A DNA stretch of 64,000 bases from Camelus dromedarius (Eukaryota): assembly GCF_036321535.1 (NCBI RefSeq), contig NC_087436.1, positions 110,982,001 to 111,046,000 on the forward strand. Direction: 5' to 3'. Shown piece after piece: positions 50,721-64,000 of this stretch. The notes beneath the pieces are model-generated. The model had not been told where the DNA came from, did not search any database, and saw nothing but the letters and a program-made list of their open reading frames with translations. Position 1 is the first letter of the stretch. Every line of letters begins with the position of its first letter. The translations under genes were made by a program, and so were the position numbers.

Positions 50721-51644
50721 CAATATTACTCTTTTGGTCAAACCTAGTTCAAAAATGAGCAAGTCTGATCCTTCCTGCTTCGTGGTCAGATAGTTGCATT
50801 TAAAACTTCAGTACCAGAGCTGTCCTGTTTTATTTTAGAACTTTGAATTTTGGGACTAGGGAAAACTATTCTGGGTTTAGACTTCCTTGGCCTTTTGTTC
50901 CTGGCCCTGGAATAAGAGAGACCCAAAGAATTCTGTATTTGAATGCACATATATTAGAGTTAAGGGTTCCCTTGAGATGGATTAATCAGGGAATAATACC
51001 CCGCAATTTCTTGGTCGTAAAATTGGGAATGGAGGGCGATAAGAACATGGAGTAGTGGAGCATAGATTACTAATGTTAAGTTTTAGTCTGGATATAAAGT
51101 TAATCCTCTATCCCAATTCCAGAAATGATAACCATCCCCTTTCAATTTCTTTTGAACTTTTCCTAAGAATGGCAAATGATCAAATAGAAAATAGCTGATG
51201 ACAATTTGTTTCATTTTAATTCTCTTTGCCTGTGCTCCCCATACCCATTTAGAGTATAGGAAAGTAGTGCCCTGGTAAAATACGTGTTTGTTTTTTGTAA
51301 CACACCAGTATTCAGCCTAATCAGTACTATTTTTCTCCTTTGCCTTGCTTCTTGACCTTTAAGTATTTCTGTTCTAGCATAGGTAGTACTTATGAATGGG
51401 AAAATTTCCCTAAAACTACACATTGGCTTACTTATCTAACCTCACTATCTTCATTCTTCTCCTCAGTCTAAACCCACAGATCTTTTTTATCTCCGTCACA
51501 GACTGAATTTTTGCTGACCCTCTCATTCTTTAGACCTATTCTAAAATTGTTCTTTTATTTTTTATCAAGAATAATTGAATTTTCAGTGTTGAAGGAAGCA
51601 TGGCCATCTGCTGTAATCCTTTCATGCATCTCTTTTCTCCTCAT

Positions 51645-52440
51645 AATTTTTTTCAGTAATTATTTATGGGCCAGGCATTGTGCTAGGGGATTTGGATGCA
51701 TTAGATTGTCTTTGTGAAGCACAGTCTTGTAGTGAAGACAGACCTCTCCTACTATAAAGTATGATAAATGATATAATAGAAGCGTATACACTATTGTGAT
51801 ATAGAGGAGGAGAGTGATCAGGTTTCTTTGTATGGGTACAGGAATGGTCAAGGATGGTTATGGGACATGAGAAGAGAAAAGAGAAATAGAAGCTGAATCA
51901 TAGAGAAACTCTGAAGCAGAATATAATAGTAATTATTTTATTTTAAATTATTTTATTTTACTGTGGATTAGACATTAAACTCTTACACTAGAATCCATTC
52001 GATTTTCACAACAGTCACGTAAGTAGGAACTATTTTCATCATCCTTGCTTTACACATAAGGAAATTAAGTAACTTACAGGTAATGGAAAACCATTGAAGG
52101 ATTGGTTTTCAAGCCTAGGAGTGACGTAGTCTAATTTGTGATTTTTTTAAGATTACGCTGCCAGTAGAGTAATAGGAGAATAGGACAGGCAAATCAATCA
52201 GGGGGTTGTCAAGATAGGCCAACCAAGAAATAATGAGGGTCTGAAATAAGAGTAGTGGGTGAAACAGAGGGAGGGAAAGAATTCAAAAGATATGAGGCAT
52301 TACAGTCAACAGGTTTTAGTCATTGATTAGCTATGGGCATACAGAAAAAGAAAGAAGAATAGAGAATCATTTCCAGACTTCTGTTTAAGAGGCCTAATTG
52401 GATTCTGGGACCACTCTCCAGGGTGGGACACAGAGCAGTT
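51645..52440 (-). mobile_element. L2 fragments with an embedded MIR (about 51940-52080)
   Basis: gccaggcattgtgctagggg; ccattgaaggattgg; aggaaattaagtaactt. Confidence 0.55.
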
Positions 52441-55229
52441 TTATATTTGAGGAAGCAGAGTCAGTATATAGGCTTCTCAATATCTGGGATCAACACATCA
52501 GGGTTTGCTAATTTGCCTTAAGCCAGTTGTGGCAAGGGTATGTACAGCAGGACCTCTAAGGAAACCATTCATACAATGGAACATAGCAGACTATAAATTC
52601 TGAGCTTTCATAGCTCAGAGGCTCTTACTTCTGCAGGTATGAGGTGACACCCCTGCATTCTTGTACTCTTAACATTGGAAGGTACAGTAGTGGCTTTGGA
52701 GCTTGATTATTATTGTGTGTGTGGTTTTATTTTTTAACCCAAAATTTTATCCCTTATTATCTGTCAGGAAAATATAGCCTAGACAGACTATATTTTTTGT
52801 TTGATATGGAATAATTTTATAATAAATAATAAGTAATTTAGACAGACTTCTTCAAGTCATTTTTCACAAATTGTGTTGAAGTTGGTAGAATAAATGAATA
52901 TGGTTCATTGGTCATATGGTTATAGATCTCCAAAGCATAAAATGATTACTTCTTCAAACAAAACCCTGAACATTTCTCTGACCTTCATTTTTTCTATCTC
53001 CTCCCAGTTGCTAGCCTATCTCATTATTTGATTTACTTGATCTCTCTTCACTTGTATGTCTTAACACGTATCCTAAACATATCTAAAACTGAATTCTTGA
53101 TCTCCCTCTGCCAAATACCAAATCTGTTCCTCTAGTTTTTTTCATCCCATTATATGTAATTTCTCAAGTCAGACACCTGGAAGTCCTCTTTCACTTATTC
53201 TCTATCTCTATACGCATTTCACCAATTATTATTTATTATACTTCCAAATACATCTTATATCCATCCTTTTCCCTCCATTTCCACTCCAGTCTAAATCATC
53301 TTTACTTTTTTGCCTGGGCCACTGTAATGATTGTTAATGGTTCTGCTCTGATTCTTCTTTAGTTTAACCTTCTGTGCTGCAGACAACAATTTGATGAAGT
53401 CTTTGCTCTATTCACAACCCAGCGATGACTTCCTTTTGCACTGGAGGCAAAAACATGGAAGTCTGATATATTCTGGTTTTTTTGAAAATTATTACAGCCT
53501 GCCCAAAAGTTGCAATATGGCAAACACCATGAGAGTACAAAAATTGGCTTGAAGCCAGATTGTGAATTTTTTTTTTTTTCCTTTTCAGGAGTTAGTCCTT
53601 ATTCTGATACTTAATTGAGAGTCAATTGACATTTTTGTTGGTTTGCTTTTAAGAGGCGAGGTTCACAGGAATTCCACTTTCCACATTCTGTTCAGTAAAT
53701 TTACTATTGAAATTCTCTACTTTATACCAATCCTCTGCAAATATTGATTACTCTTTCTCTGGGGAAATATCAGAAGTAGCTTTTCCAGGAGAATATTTGA
53801 AGACTTGGACATAATTTTTAAAATTGTTATGGGAAATTTTAAATATATAAAAAAGAAGAAAGCATAATGAATCTCCATATTTTTGTGACTTTTATAATAG
53901 TATTGCAGATTCTGGACTAATTTTTAAAATTAGAATTTGTATTAGAACAAAACATTTTATATGTTGGTTGTCTGAATGCAATAATCAAGCCATTCCAAGT
54001 TCTAACATAAATACATATTTTGTTGCGATAGTTGTGGGTTTATGCCAGAGTTATGAAAAATATTGTGACATTGATAATATCTCACTGCTTGCTTTTAGGC
54101 TTAATATAAACTTTTTTTGGTTGTATGTGGTTTGATTTGAGCCAAAAAGAAAATGAGTTCTAGACTCTAGAAGCTCACTCTCCTACTATTCCTCTCCTCT
54201 CTCCTCATTCCATCTTTTTTGTTCTGCCTTTTGAATGGCTGTAAAACGAATAAGAAACCATTGCTGCTTGTATCCAGATCTATCTGACATTTTATATTCA
54301 TCAAACAAATCAAAGAAGGTACTGCTTATTAGTAGATGTGTTGCATATGTTGAAGAGCAGTACATTGTTTTTAATCTTGTAGAGCCATTGAATTAACAGT
54401 AATATAGCTAATGTATCAAAATGTCTCAGAGCATTCATTGCATTTGATTGTTGGTAAAATAAAAATAACTTACTAAAAATGTTTTCACATTAGTGTTATA
54501 ATATTTGTTAGCACTCATAATAATTTGGTACTTACAGTTTGGTCTTGGGTCTTTATTCAGATCCACATCAAATTAATTTATGGCTTGGAAAATCTGAATT
54601 TTAGGAGATATGGATAGATAGAGATCTGTAGAGACATAGATGTATATACAGATATCTAGGTGTATATACATACACACATATGTGTATAATTTGTTGTCAG
54701 TAATAATAATTGTGATGATTCCAAGAGTCTTTTTTTGAAGTATTTTTAGTTTAATGAACAGTTGAGAATTCCTGTCGCTATTTGTGTGCTTAAAGTCACA
54801 ATTATATTTAATTAAGATTTTTTTGCAGTAAATTATGAATTTGGAGTCCCTTTTATTCTAGGTGTCGCTTATTAGCTGTGTAAGCTTTAAAAAGTTATAG
54901 GCTATTCTCTCAAAAGTTGTTACATCTTACTGATTTTCAAATCAGTGCTTTCATTCTTTCTTTGTACTGGACCTCTCTGCAAGATTTGTTGACAGCCTCT
55001 TTCTCTTGACATCTTTTTTTTAAGTTTTACATCTTTGGATAATTTTCCTAAGCTCAAATGTGATCATGTTACTCTCTTTGTAAAATTGTTCATTGGTTCC
55101 CCACTAACCTTAGGATAAAGTCTATAAATTCACAATGTGGTTTAGGAAAAGCCCAGCATAACCTGCACCTCTGTTCTGTAGCCTTTTTTGTCATCCTTGA
55201 GCACTACCACCAAGCAGCTGCATTAGTAG

Positions 55230-55372
55230 TACAGTAATAATAGCTAACATTTATTAAACACCTATTAATACTTGTGCCAGATATATGCTTTACACATATT
55301 CTGTCCTTTAATCCTCACAGTAATCTTGAGAATAGGTATCATAGTTCGCATTTTATAGAGGAGTCATGCTGA
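55230..55372 (-). mobile_element. MIR SINE
   Basis: aatagctaacatttatt...ttaatcctcacag...cattttatagaggag. Confidence 0.7.
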
Positions 55373-55459
55373 GCCCTTTTTGGGTTCTCAAGTACTGTGC
55401 TTTTGGCTTTTGCATTTGTTTCTTTCCTTCGGGATTACCAGTAACTACTCTTCATTTCT

Positions 55460-55880
55460 TCTTTTTGTAAACTTTTAAAAATCATAACTACATAGAGAAA
55501 AGTATATAGATCATAAACTTATACTTCAGTGAACAAAAAAGAACATAACTCTTGTAACCACCACCAGATCAAGAAATAGAACCTCTGAGAAGTCACCTCA
55601 TAACCCCTCTTAATTAATCTCTCCTCTAAAGATGAATAGTTTTCTAACTTCTTAACACTATAAGTTATTTTTGCCTATTTTCAGAAACTTTACTTAAATG
55701 GAGTTATATAGCATTTATTCTCTGTATCTAGCTTCTTTAACTCATTATGTTTATGCAGTTCATTCACGTGGACTTCTGTAGATGGTTTATTCATTTTCGT
55801 TGCTCTATAATATTCTAATATGTAAATATGTGATAATTTAAGATTTGGGGTTGTTTCCAGTTTACATTATTACAAACAAT
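55460..55880 (-). mobile_element. Old L1ME 3' UTR fragment
   Basis: tgtaaccaccaccagatcaagaaatagaa...aaatggagttatatagcat...gggttgtttccagttt. Confidence 0.7.
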
Positions 55881-55898
55881 ATAATTAACATTCTTTTT

Positions 55899-56020
55899 GG
55901 CAGGGGGGTGTGTAATTAGGTTGGTTGGTTTGTTTGTTTTAATGGAGGTACTAGGGATTGGACCCAGGACCTTGTGCATGCTAGGCAGGCACTCTACTAC
56001 TGAGCTATACCCTCCTTCCT
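55899..56020 (-). mobile_element. tRNA-derived camelid SINE (Vic-1-like)
   Basis: Reverse complement reads ggagggtatagctcagtagtagagtgcctgcctagcatgcacaaggtcctgggtccaatccctagtacctcc, homologous to 20626-20700; degenerate TSD taattaacattcttt / tagttaacctttttt. Confidence 0.88.
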
Positions 56021-58493
56021 TAGTTAACCTTTTTTTCAATACTCATTCTTTTATTGCTAAAAAAAAATAACAAACATAAACTTAATGGAAATTGGATAAT
56101 ATATACTTAATTACTCTCTGCCCTTGTTTTATCCTCTTCAATTAAATATATAGAGTTACCTTTAAAATAGATTATTATCAAGTTATGTTGAAATTTCTTA
56201 ATTTGTCAGGCACTGTGTTGTCCCTTTTGTACTTTCTATCATGCAAAGTATCTTTGGAAATTTTCTTTTTAACTTGTGACACATTTAATAACCTTATATG
56301 TGGCAAATGATATTATTTGTCCTTTGAGGGTGGTGGTGTATTTTGGACATAGCCAAAAGACATTTGGAGCCAAGACAGTAATTTTATGAATGATACACTG
56401 TGTCAGAAGTCAGTTGAGATTTCAAGGAACATAGACTTGTCTTCCCTGTCCCTATCCCCTTGTGGCTTTGAAAACTATTCTTTTTGCAGAATTAAGTCAC
56501 TGAATTCAGGTAGGGTTATTAAGCCACCGAGATAAGCCAGAGTTTATAGTGTATTTTGCCTTTGAGGTCTTTTGCCTTAAAAGCTGGTTACTTTTGCAAG
56601 TTACTTATCTTGTACTTAATTTGTATTTGAGCATTATTTCCTTAATTTTTGACAGTGGGTTTTTTTTTTTTTTTCATTTTTAGCCTTTTTCTTCTTGAAT
56701 TTGTCTTCTCAGCAATTAAAATTTTTATCTTTCCTTTGATCACCGTGCCATTACTAACACCCTTCCCCAAATTAAATACTGAAGATAATGTACCTTCTAC
56801 CATCTTCTCTCACTTTCTCTTAGGCTTTAATTAGTTCTCTCTTCTTGCTCATCTCAGGCATCCTATATAATGATTATTGAGCTTGTCTGCTGTTTGTCTT
56901 TTTTCCCCATTAAACTATGACCTTAAGGCAGGTGTTCATTAGAAGTTTAACAAAAATGTTTTATGAAGACTTTGTCACCTATTTTAGTCTTCTCTGAAAC
57001 ACTGTATTTGCCACAAATGCCCATTTTTACGTTAGTCATCTTTCTTATTATTTAAAAACTCTCTACCTCTTTATTGAAAAAGCATTGTGTTATTAAGCAT
57101 AGATGATCCCCCTCTCCCTTCAGCCACATCCTCTGTTGGCTGCATTTATTAGGCGAATTCAGCTACATTTATTAGGTAAATCACTTTGACAGATCCTGAG
57201 GTTAAACAAAGGTAGTAATGTTGTCCCTGTTGTCAAGTTGCTAAACAGTCTAACTCCTTTTCCTCAATGAGAAAAAAAAAAAGTCTCAAGTTAGGATGTG
57301 AATATTCTTGAAGAATGTGGTGCTGGTACCAGTGAATTCTGACAAGTAAGATTGGAAAAGTCTCTGTGATACCATTTGGACAGTATTGTTGTATATCAAA
57401 TCTTTGTATTTTGCACATGAACAAACTGCTGCTTAATATGGTTAATTACTCAGCTAGTTGTGAGATTGGAAGAAAATGTTTTAGGTTAGTTTGGAAGACA
57501 GGACACTTGAGAGGTGAACAAAGATGGGAGAAAAGCATTTTAGACAGACAACATGTACAAAAGCTCAGATTTGTAAATAATCTAATGTGTTAGTTCTTCT
57601 AAGTGGCATGTAATTTAAATATGACAGAGTTGTATAAAATGAGGTTGGAGAATATGCAGGGGCTAGATCAGAGAAGCTCCATATGCTATCCTAGAATATT
57701 TATAATTCATTCTGTAAGCAGTAGATACCCATTGAAAAGTTTTAAGGAGAATTATTGTAATTGTCTGGTTTTTTAAATGGTGAAAGTTGATTAGAACAGT
57801 GATTGCAATATCAAAAAAATTTACAGAGTAATGTATATTCAAATACCTTCATTTTTAGAAATAAAGCATGACGAATGAAAATAGAAATTCTCATTTATCT
57901 TTTACCAGACCCATTCCCCCCTTTCCTCCATCCTGGAGATATATTTTTCTCTTGCTGTGAGTCTCTATAAAGAGTTCATAATCTACTTTTTATAAGTTAC
58001 TTCAGTGGTAGAGTCAGATATGTTTTTTTATGTACTAGGTGTCTTTCATGGAGTTGCACATTGAGTTTTTCTGTGTCTGTTTATTTTAAATGTTCAGCAG
58101 ATCTTCTATTTAAATTATTAACTTTCTTCCTAAAGCATATTATTATCTCCTATTTTCTCTTTTCATTTGTATATAAATCTAGTTGTTTTATCAGTTAGGT
58201 GGGCTTGAAATGAGACATTATCAGTACTATAAAATATGAATATTTGGTATTTAAACTTTATAAGGGTGACTTGCAAACTTAATAAAAGATAAAGGGAAAT
58301 AATATGGACAGAGCCTTGTCAAATGTGTTTCCTGAATTTGTGCCTGTGTAGGAGTAAAATTTACTCAGGTAGGGGTAAAATCTAGTTCAAATACCTGAAT
58401 TGTGTATTTCCAGTTTCTGATAATGTCTATCACTTATTTATTGTTTTATTACATTTTACTGTGAAATGCCATAGAGATTAGCTCTGGATCTGG

Positions 58494-58630
58494 AATATAT
58501 GTGTTTTATTAAACATTTGAGGACAATAATCAAGTCTTCAGCATATAAAGTGTTGATAATATTCCAATATATGCATTTTATTAAGTGTTTGAAGACAATA
58601 ATTAAATCTTCAACATATGAAGTGCTTATA
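58494..58630. repeat. Two-copy tandem duplication, period 72 bp, 53/65 identical
   Basis: 58494-58558 vs 58566-58630 aligned by hand without gaps. Confidence 0.85.
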
Positions 58631-59074
58631 GAAGAAGGGTTAGTGATTCAAAGAGAGTATGTCATTTGTCCAAGATCACATGGCTGGTATTGTGGCAAAT
58701 TTGATAACTTCATATCCATCATCATCCTGTATTTTATGAGAGAGCAAAACAGACTCATATTAGATATAAAAATCAGGGAATACTCTTAGCTCTTAATGAG
58801 AGTATGAGACCAATTTTTTCAACAATGACTAAGAAGCATTTGAATACAGTGAAATAATTATTCTAGTATCAAATAAACTATATTTAAGTCTTGAACAGGA
58901 TTAGCATCTATCTTATACATGTGCTTATTCGTCAGTAATTCCTTATGACTAGTTTGGTTTCCATTTGTTACATAAATGTAAATTAGAGAAAGACATAGAT
59001 AATTAAAGTATTTTGGGTTTTTGTCTTTTACTGTCTATTGAGATATGTGGACTCAGTTACCTTAAGGCTGACTT

Positions 59075-59191
59075 TCAAACCAGCATTGGCACTGTTGACA
59101 TTTTGGGCTGGACATTCCTTTGTTGTGGGGAGTTGTCCTGTGCATTGCAAGGTGTTTAGCAGCATCCTTAATTACCAGTAGATACCAGTAG
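59075..59191 (+). mobile_element. MER20 fragment (hAT-Charlie)
   Basis: ggcactgttgacattttgggctggacattcctttgttgtgggg...ctgtgcattgcaaggtgtttagcagcatcc. Confidence 0.8.
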
Positions 59192-60049
59192 TTTCATTTA
59201 TATGCTCATGTTAGAGGGTTAGAGAGACTTCAGAGCCTTATAATAGAGACATTTTTATTAAGAGAGTCATCATAATCCTTAAATCATATAGAAAATACAT
59301 TTGACATATGCTTCAGAAAGAACAGAATAGTAAGAAACAACTTAAGAAACTTAAGAGGCAATGGTTACACTGAAACTAAAGTGCCTTCGAGTCTAAAAAA
59401 ATAGAAAAAGCACTAAACTAAGCAAGGCATAAATATGGGTTCTTCTTAGAACAAGGTAGCATGTAAAATAAATGGCTGTAAATTTTAGAAATATATTTTG
59501 TGAAGAAAGATAAGTTTTTAACTTACAGATTGGGCTGTGTTTTAAAAATTGTTCTGAGAATGAATATCTTTGATCTCAGAGTGAAATTTTTCTCTCAAAC
59601 ATTTATTCAGCAAATGTTTGAATGTCTTATATGGGCCAGACACTAAGGCTCTCATAGCAGGCAAGATGACATGATGCTTTCCTTCTTAGAGCTTATAAAA
59701 ATTTGTGTCGCTTATCAAATAAAAATACCAAATAAAGATTTGTTTGTGTGATTTTGTTTTTCCTATCACTCATCTTCCCCAGATTTGGGTTGAGGGCAGA
59801 ATTCTTGTCTCTTCTTACTCACTGATGTACCTCCAGCTTCTGGAACATATGGTAGACTTGTAAATACTTGTTAAATAAATAATTGATTAGTTGGAAAGAG
59901 ACATTACAAAAATTACATGTGATTAATTAGAATTGTGATAGGTGCTCCAAAGAGAGTATTATATAATAGAGATCATGTAACAATGGGTCTAATCTAGTCC
60001 AAAACTAGATTAGATTAGCTGAAGTTTTAAATTTGAGGCAGTGATTCCT

Positions 60050-61292
60050 TTTCCCCCCAGCTTTATTGAGGTATAATGGACAAAAAGTACATATATTTAA
60101 AGTATACAGTATGATGATTTGACATATGTATACTTTGTGCAGTGATTAACCACAATCAGGTTAATTAATACATCTGTCACCTCACAAAGTTACTTTTGTG
60201 TGTGTGCGTAAGGAGAGAGTCTACAATCTACTTTCCTAGCAAATTTTAAGTAACAATATTACTAACTATAATCACCATGGTGTACATTAGATCTCCAGAA
60301 CTTATTCATCTTAAAATGGAAGGCTTATACTCTTTGACTAGCATCTCCCCATCTCCCCTAACACACTGGTAACCACCATTCTACCCTCTGTTTCTGTGAG
60401 TTTCAGATTCCACGTATAAGTGAGATCATAGGTACTTGTTTTTGTCTGGCTTATCTCACTTAGCATAATGCCCTCTGGATTCAGCCATGTTGTTGCAAAT
60501 GACTGGATTTCCTCCTTTCTCATGGCTGAATAATATTCCATTGTCTGTATATATCACATCCTCTTTTTCATCCACTGATGGGCACTTAGCTTGTTTCCAT
60601 GCCTTGGCTCTTGTAAATAATGCTGCAACAAACATGCGGGTGCAGATATCCCTTCAAGATAGTGATTTCGTTTCCTTGGGATATATATTGAGAAGTGAAA
60701 TTGCTTGCTCATATGGTAGTTCTATTTTTAATTTTTTGAGGACCCTCCATACTGTTTTCCATAGTGGCTGCACCGATTTACATTCCCACCAACATTGCAC
60801 AAGGGTGCCCTTTTTTCCACACCTTCCCCAGTACTTACCTCTTGTGTGTTTGATGATAGCCATTATAACAGGTGTGAGATGATATCTCACTACGGTTTTG
60901 ATTTACATTTCCATGATGATTAGTGATGTTGAACACCTTTCATGAACCTGTTAGCCATTTGTCTATCTCCTTTGGAAAAATGTATATTCAGTTTCTCTGC
61001 CCATTTTAAAATCAGATTGTTTTGCTCTTTGCTTTCGAGTTACATGAGTTTTTTTTATATATTTTGGGTATTAACCTTTTATCAGGTACATGGTTTGCAA
61101 TTTTTTTCAGAGGTGGGCTTTTCATTTTGTTGGTTTCTGTTGCTGTGCAGAAGTTTTTTAGTTTGATGTAGTCCCACATGTTTATTTTTACGTTTGTTGC
61201 CTTTGCTTCTAATATCATATCCAAAAAAGTATGGCCAAGACCAATGTCAAGGAGCTTTCCCCCTATGTTTTCTTCTAGGAATGTTAGGATTT
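60050..61292 (-). mobile_element. L1MA9-like L1, 5'-truncated
   Basis: cagctttattgaggtataat... 3' end; ORF2 peptides [14 protein letters not shown]... and [12 protein letters not shown]...; likely TSD core CAGTGATT at 60039-60046 and 61293-61300. Confidence 0.88.
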
Positions 61293-64000
61293 CAGTGATT
61301 TTTTAAAACCAAGACTTTAGGAATAATTAGGAGTTATCTAGACATGTTTTGGGGACAAGAATGTGGGTCAGAATGTATTGTAGGCTGAAGGAACAGCTTT
61401 GTATGAATGCCTGAGTTGGGGTGTGCCTTTTTTTTAGGGTTGGGTGTTGGCAGGGGTGGGGTTTGAGGAGTAGCATGGTACCAGATGACATACTAACTTT
61501 TCTTCTTTTATATGTTGAAATACCAAACATTTGTAGTAAAAACAATATCATTACAGTATCAACAGTTAAAGTAGAAAAAAACTTTTAAATGGTAGTTTAA
61601 AAATATTTGGATTCTGATACTTGATGAAAGCCTGTTTTAATTAACTAGAAAATGAGACTCCATATTCCATCTGTGTGCTGGTGATCTCTAAGTCTGTGTT
61701 TCTACCTCCGGATGTTTTTGTTTAATTTATGTCTGCATGTCCAAGTTAACATATCCAAAAGTGAACTCCATTTATATCTACTAATCATTTGAGATAAACA
61801 AACAAAAAAAAACACTTCATGGATTTTCTATCTCAGTGAACGTTTGTTCACTCAGTTTCTCAAGCCAGAAATCTTTACTCCTCTCACTTTCACCTTAAGA
61901 TAATGAAACTGTGTCACTACTTAATTATTTTTCCATTTAATTGTATTATACGGCTCAAAGCCATTCTCTTTTTCTTAGGTAAATTTCTTCCTAGATTTAT
62001 GTTCTTGTTTTCTCTCTGCTGTATTTCTGCAAGTTTTCTAAGCATTCTAGCTTTCTTCAACTTTGTGCATTTTGGTCTTGTGCCACTTGCTGCTTGAGTG
62101 ATTTTTTCTGAATGCAAAGCTAATCCTGTCTCTTGACTACTTAAAGTCCTACCATCGCTCTTTCAGGCTTTCAGGCTAAAAATTAACTACTTGGCAAAAT
62201 GTGCTGTGCCCTTCGGGATCCATGTCGTGTGCATCTCTCCAGCCTTTCATGTTGCCCTCCTTTCACATCACATTCTTTATTTACCCCATACTTCTTCAAT
62301 TTCTAGACATGCTGTTTAAGTTAATTAAAACTTAATAAAATTTAAACCTGTTAAACCTCATTTCCTGTGTTGGATAGCTCAAGTACAGAACATTTCTATC
62401 ATTGCACAGAGTTCTGTTGGGTAGTGCTTTCTTGACCATATTAAGCTTTCTTTTCCCTGTTTCTTTATGCATGCTGCTCTCCTTTGCTAAATGTGTAATG
62501 TGCCCTTCCTTGTTTTACCTAGCTAACTATCATTCTTCCATTAAGACTCAGTTTGGGTGTTCTCATTTCAGAAAAACCTTCCCTGACACCACCTTTTCTT
62601 GTTTCCTCTAACTCCAAAGTCTGAACTCTCACCTTTTGCCTTAATGTTTATTGCATTTAAATTCAGGAGTCAGTGTTTGAAATCAAGATTCTAACAGATA
62701 CAAAGTATTGAAATTTTGTATAAATTAAAGTTTTACTCAATATAGTTTTATACTAAATATGGTGCATGTATTTACCACCATAGAAATGAAGGTACTTAAA
62801 TGGATCTATCATCTGAGTACTGACTGAAGAAGCACTTCATTAAATAACTATAACCTTAGAAAAAGATAGTTTGTATGTTACGTAGGTCAGAGTTCTCAGA
62901 TTTACTACTTGAATGATAATTGCATACATGTAATTAGATTTTAAAACAGAATTGAATCTAGCGAATCAGTTTGTCTGAAGGTAAATTTATAAGCAGAAAA
63001 GCATTGTTATCAGATGTGTTTTCATTATAAAAATATAGTATTAAATTTGTAGCTATTAGGTTGACTTTAATAAATAGCGTTATCATGAGCAGAGTGGGGA
63101 ATGTAGAAAGCATCAGTATGATTACCTACCCTCACTCACGTTTATAATATGGTTGCTCATCAGCAAGTTTTACCTCTACTCTACTTACACACTACTTCCC
63201 ATCGCTCAGCATCGTTTGGCGTATTTCACTTCTGTAATCATTAGTTCAGATATATTTCTGATGTGTATCTGATGAGGAGAGATTAGATTCAGCATTAAGT
63301 TTAGGCCTTCAGAAATGATATTAGTGAGCCAAGCAGAACATAAGAAAGGAAAATGTAATTTTTTTTCGGGGGGAAGACTTTATATTTTTGCCCAGGGCTT
63401 GACTCTTCTTCTGGGAAACACACATTCTCCTTGCCTATTTGTAATAGATTTGGTGGTTATATTTTCCAAACTAAAGATCTGGATGCATCTTCTAAAAAGA
63501 GGTAGGTTTTTTGTTTTGGTTTCCATTTGTTTTGGGGTTTGTTAATCTATCCAACAATATGAGGCTATCATGGGATAGGAAAAGATGCTAAATATTAGAG
63601 TGCCACTTTATAGCTTATGGAAACAGTAGATTTCTCAAGGTATTTCTGATTTCAGATATTCAAATTTAAAAGGAAGGACTACCAGAACCCCAGTTTTCTG
63701 TAGTTTAACTACACTTGACTTGGGTTGGAAAGGCTTCATTGATATATCTTAGATATTTAAATTGTGTGGCACAAATAAGTACAACAGGCATTTAAAGACA
63801 CGTAGATATTAATGAGGAATGGTTTAATTAGGGATACTTTCTTAGAAGACCTAGGTTTAAGTAGACAAAAGAAGGAATGGAAAAGAACAAGAAGTAGAAG
63901 CAAAGAAAAAGGAATGAACAGTGTTTGGGGAATAGTGTTGAGACAGGTTAAGAATACATAACTAGAATAGAGGATTGACTATAGTATGGAAGTTGATTTT

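Larger units (their letters stand above)
37147..64000 (+). other. LCORL: LCORL intron 1 (partial; continues beyond window)
   Basis: Begins GTAAGA. No sequence encoding the next LCORL residues (GFESILEGLYGPRLRRD, recalled) was seen by eye up to 64000. Repeat-rich. Confidence 0.85.

Noticed and set aside
61835..61852. Small inverted repeat agtgaac-gttt-gttcact
   Set aside because: A 7-bp stem is expected by chance in 64 kb; it lies in probable L2-derived sequence.
1..64000. CRISPR arrays, operons, rRNA, numts, processed pseudogenes
   Set aside because: None seen; the sequence is mammalian, with no repeat-spacer array or recognisable retrocopy. Highly decayed pseudogenes could be missed by eye.

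Overview
Mammalian genomic DNA, most likely camelid: it carries tRNA-derived Vic-1-type SINEs and young L1 3' ends of the alpaca/camel type. The one gene I can support is LCORL, on the + strand. Its CpG-island promoter lies at about 36.1-38.5 kb, coding exon 1 is 36990-37146 (MDKGRERM-A15-QCRSPRC...HRLMHCV, phase-1 donor G|GTAAGA), and the first ~27 kb of intron 1 follows. I could not find exon 2 (recalled as GFESILEGLYGP...) in the window. The 36 kb upstream has no supportable gene and is made of L1, L2, MIR, MaLR/ERVL LTRs, DNA-transposon relics and microsatellites. Nearly all other ORFs in the track are repeat-derived or GC-rich noise. The most interesting signals are: (1) the LCORL leader has ATG-TAA-ATG, a start-stop element followed by an out-of-frame 60-codon overlapping ORF whose stop is the last three bases of exon 1, plus two in-frame main ATGs of unequal Kozak strength; (2) a composite palindromic TALE/PBX/E-box element, a ZNF143-like motif and G4 motifs in the promoter; (3) an RFX X-box inside a 17-bp hairpin in intron 1; (4) several unusual retrotransposition structures. 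Repeat subfamily names come from memory of consensus sequences and boundaries are approximate. I ran no database searches. I see no convincing evidence of a wholly new gene system.
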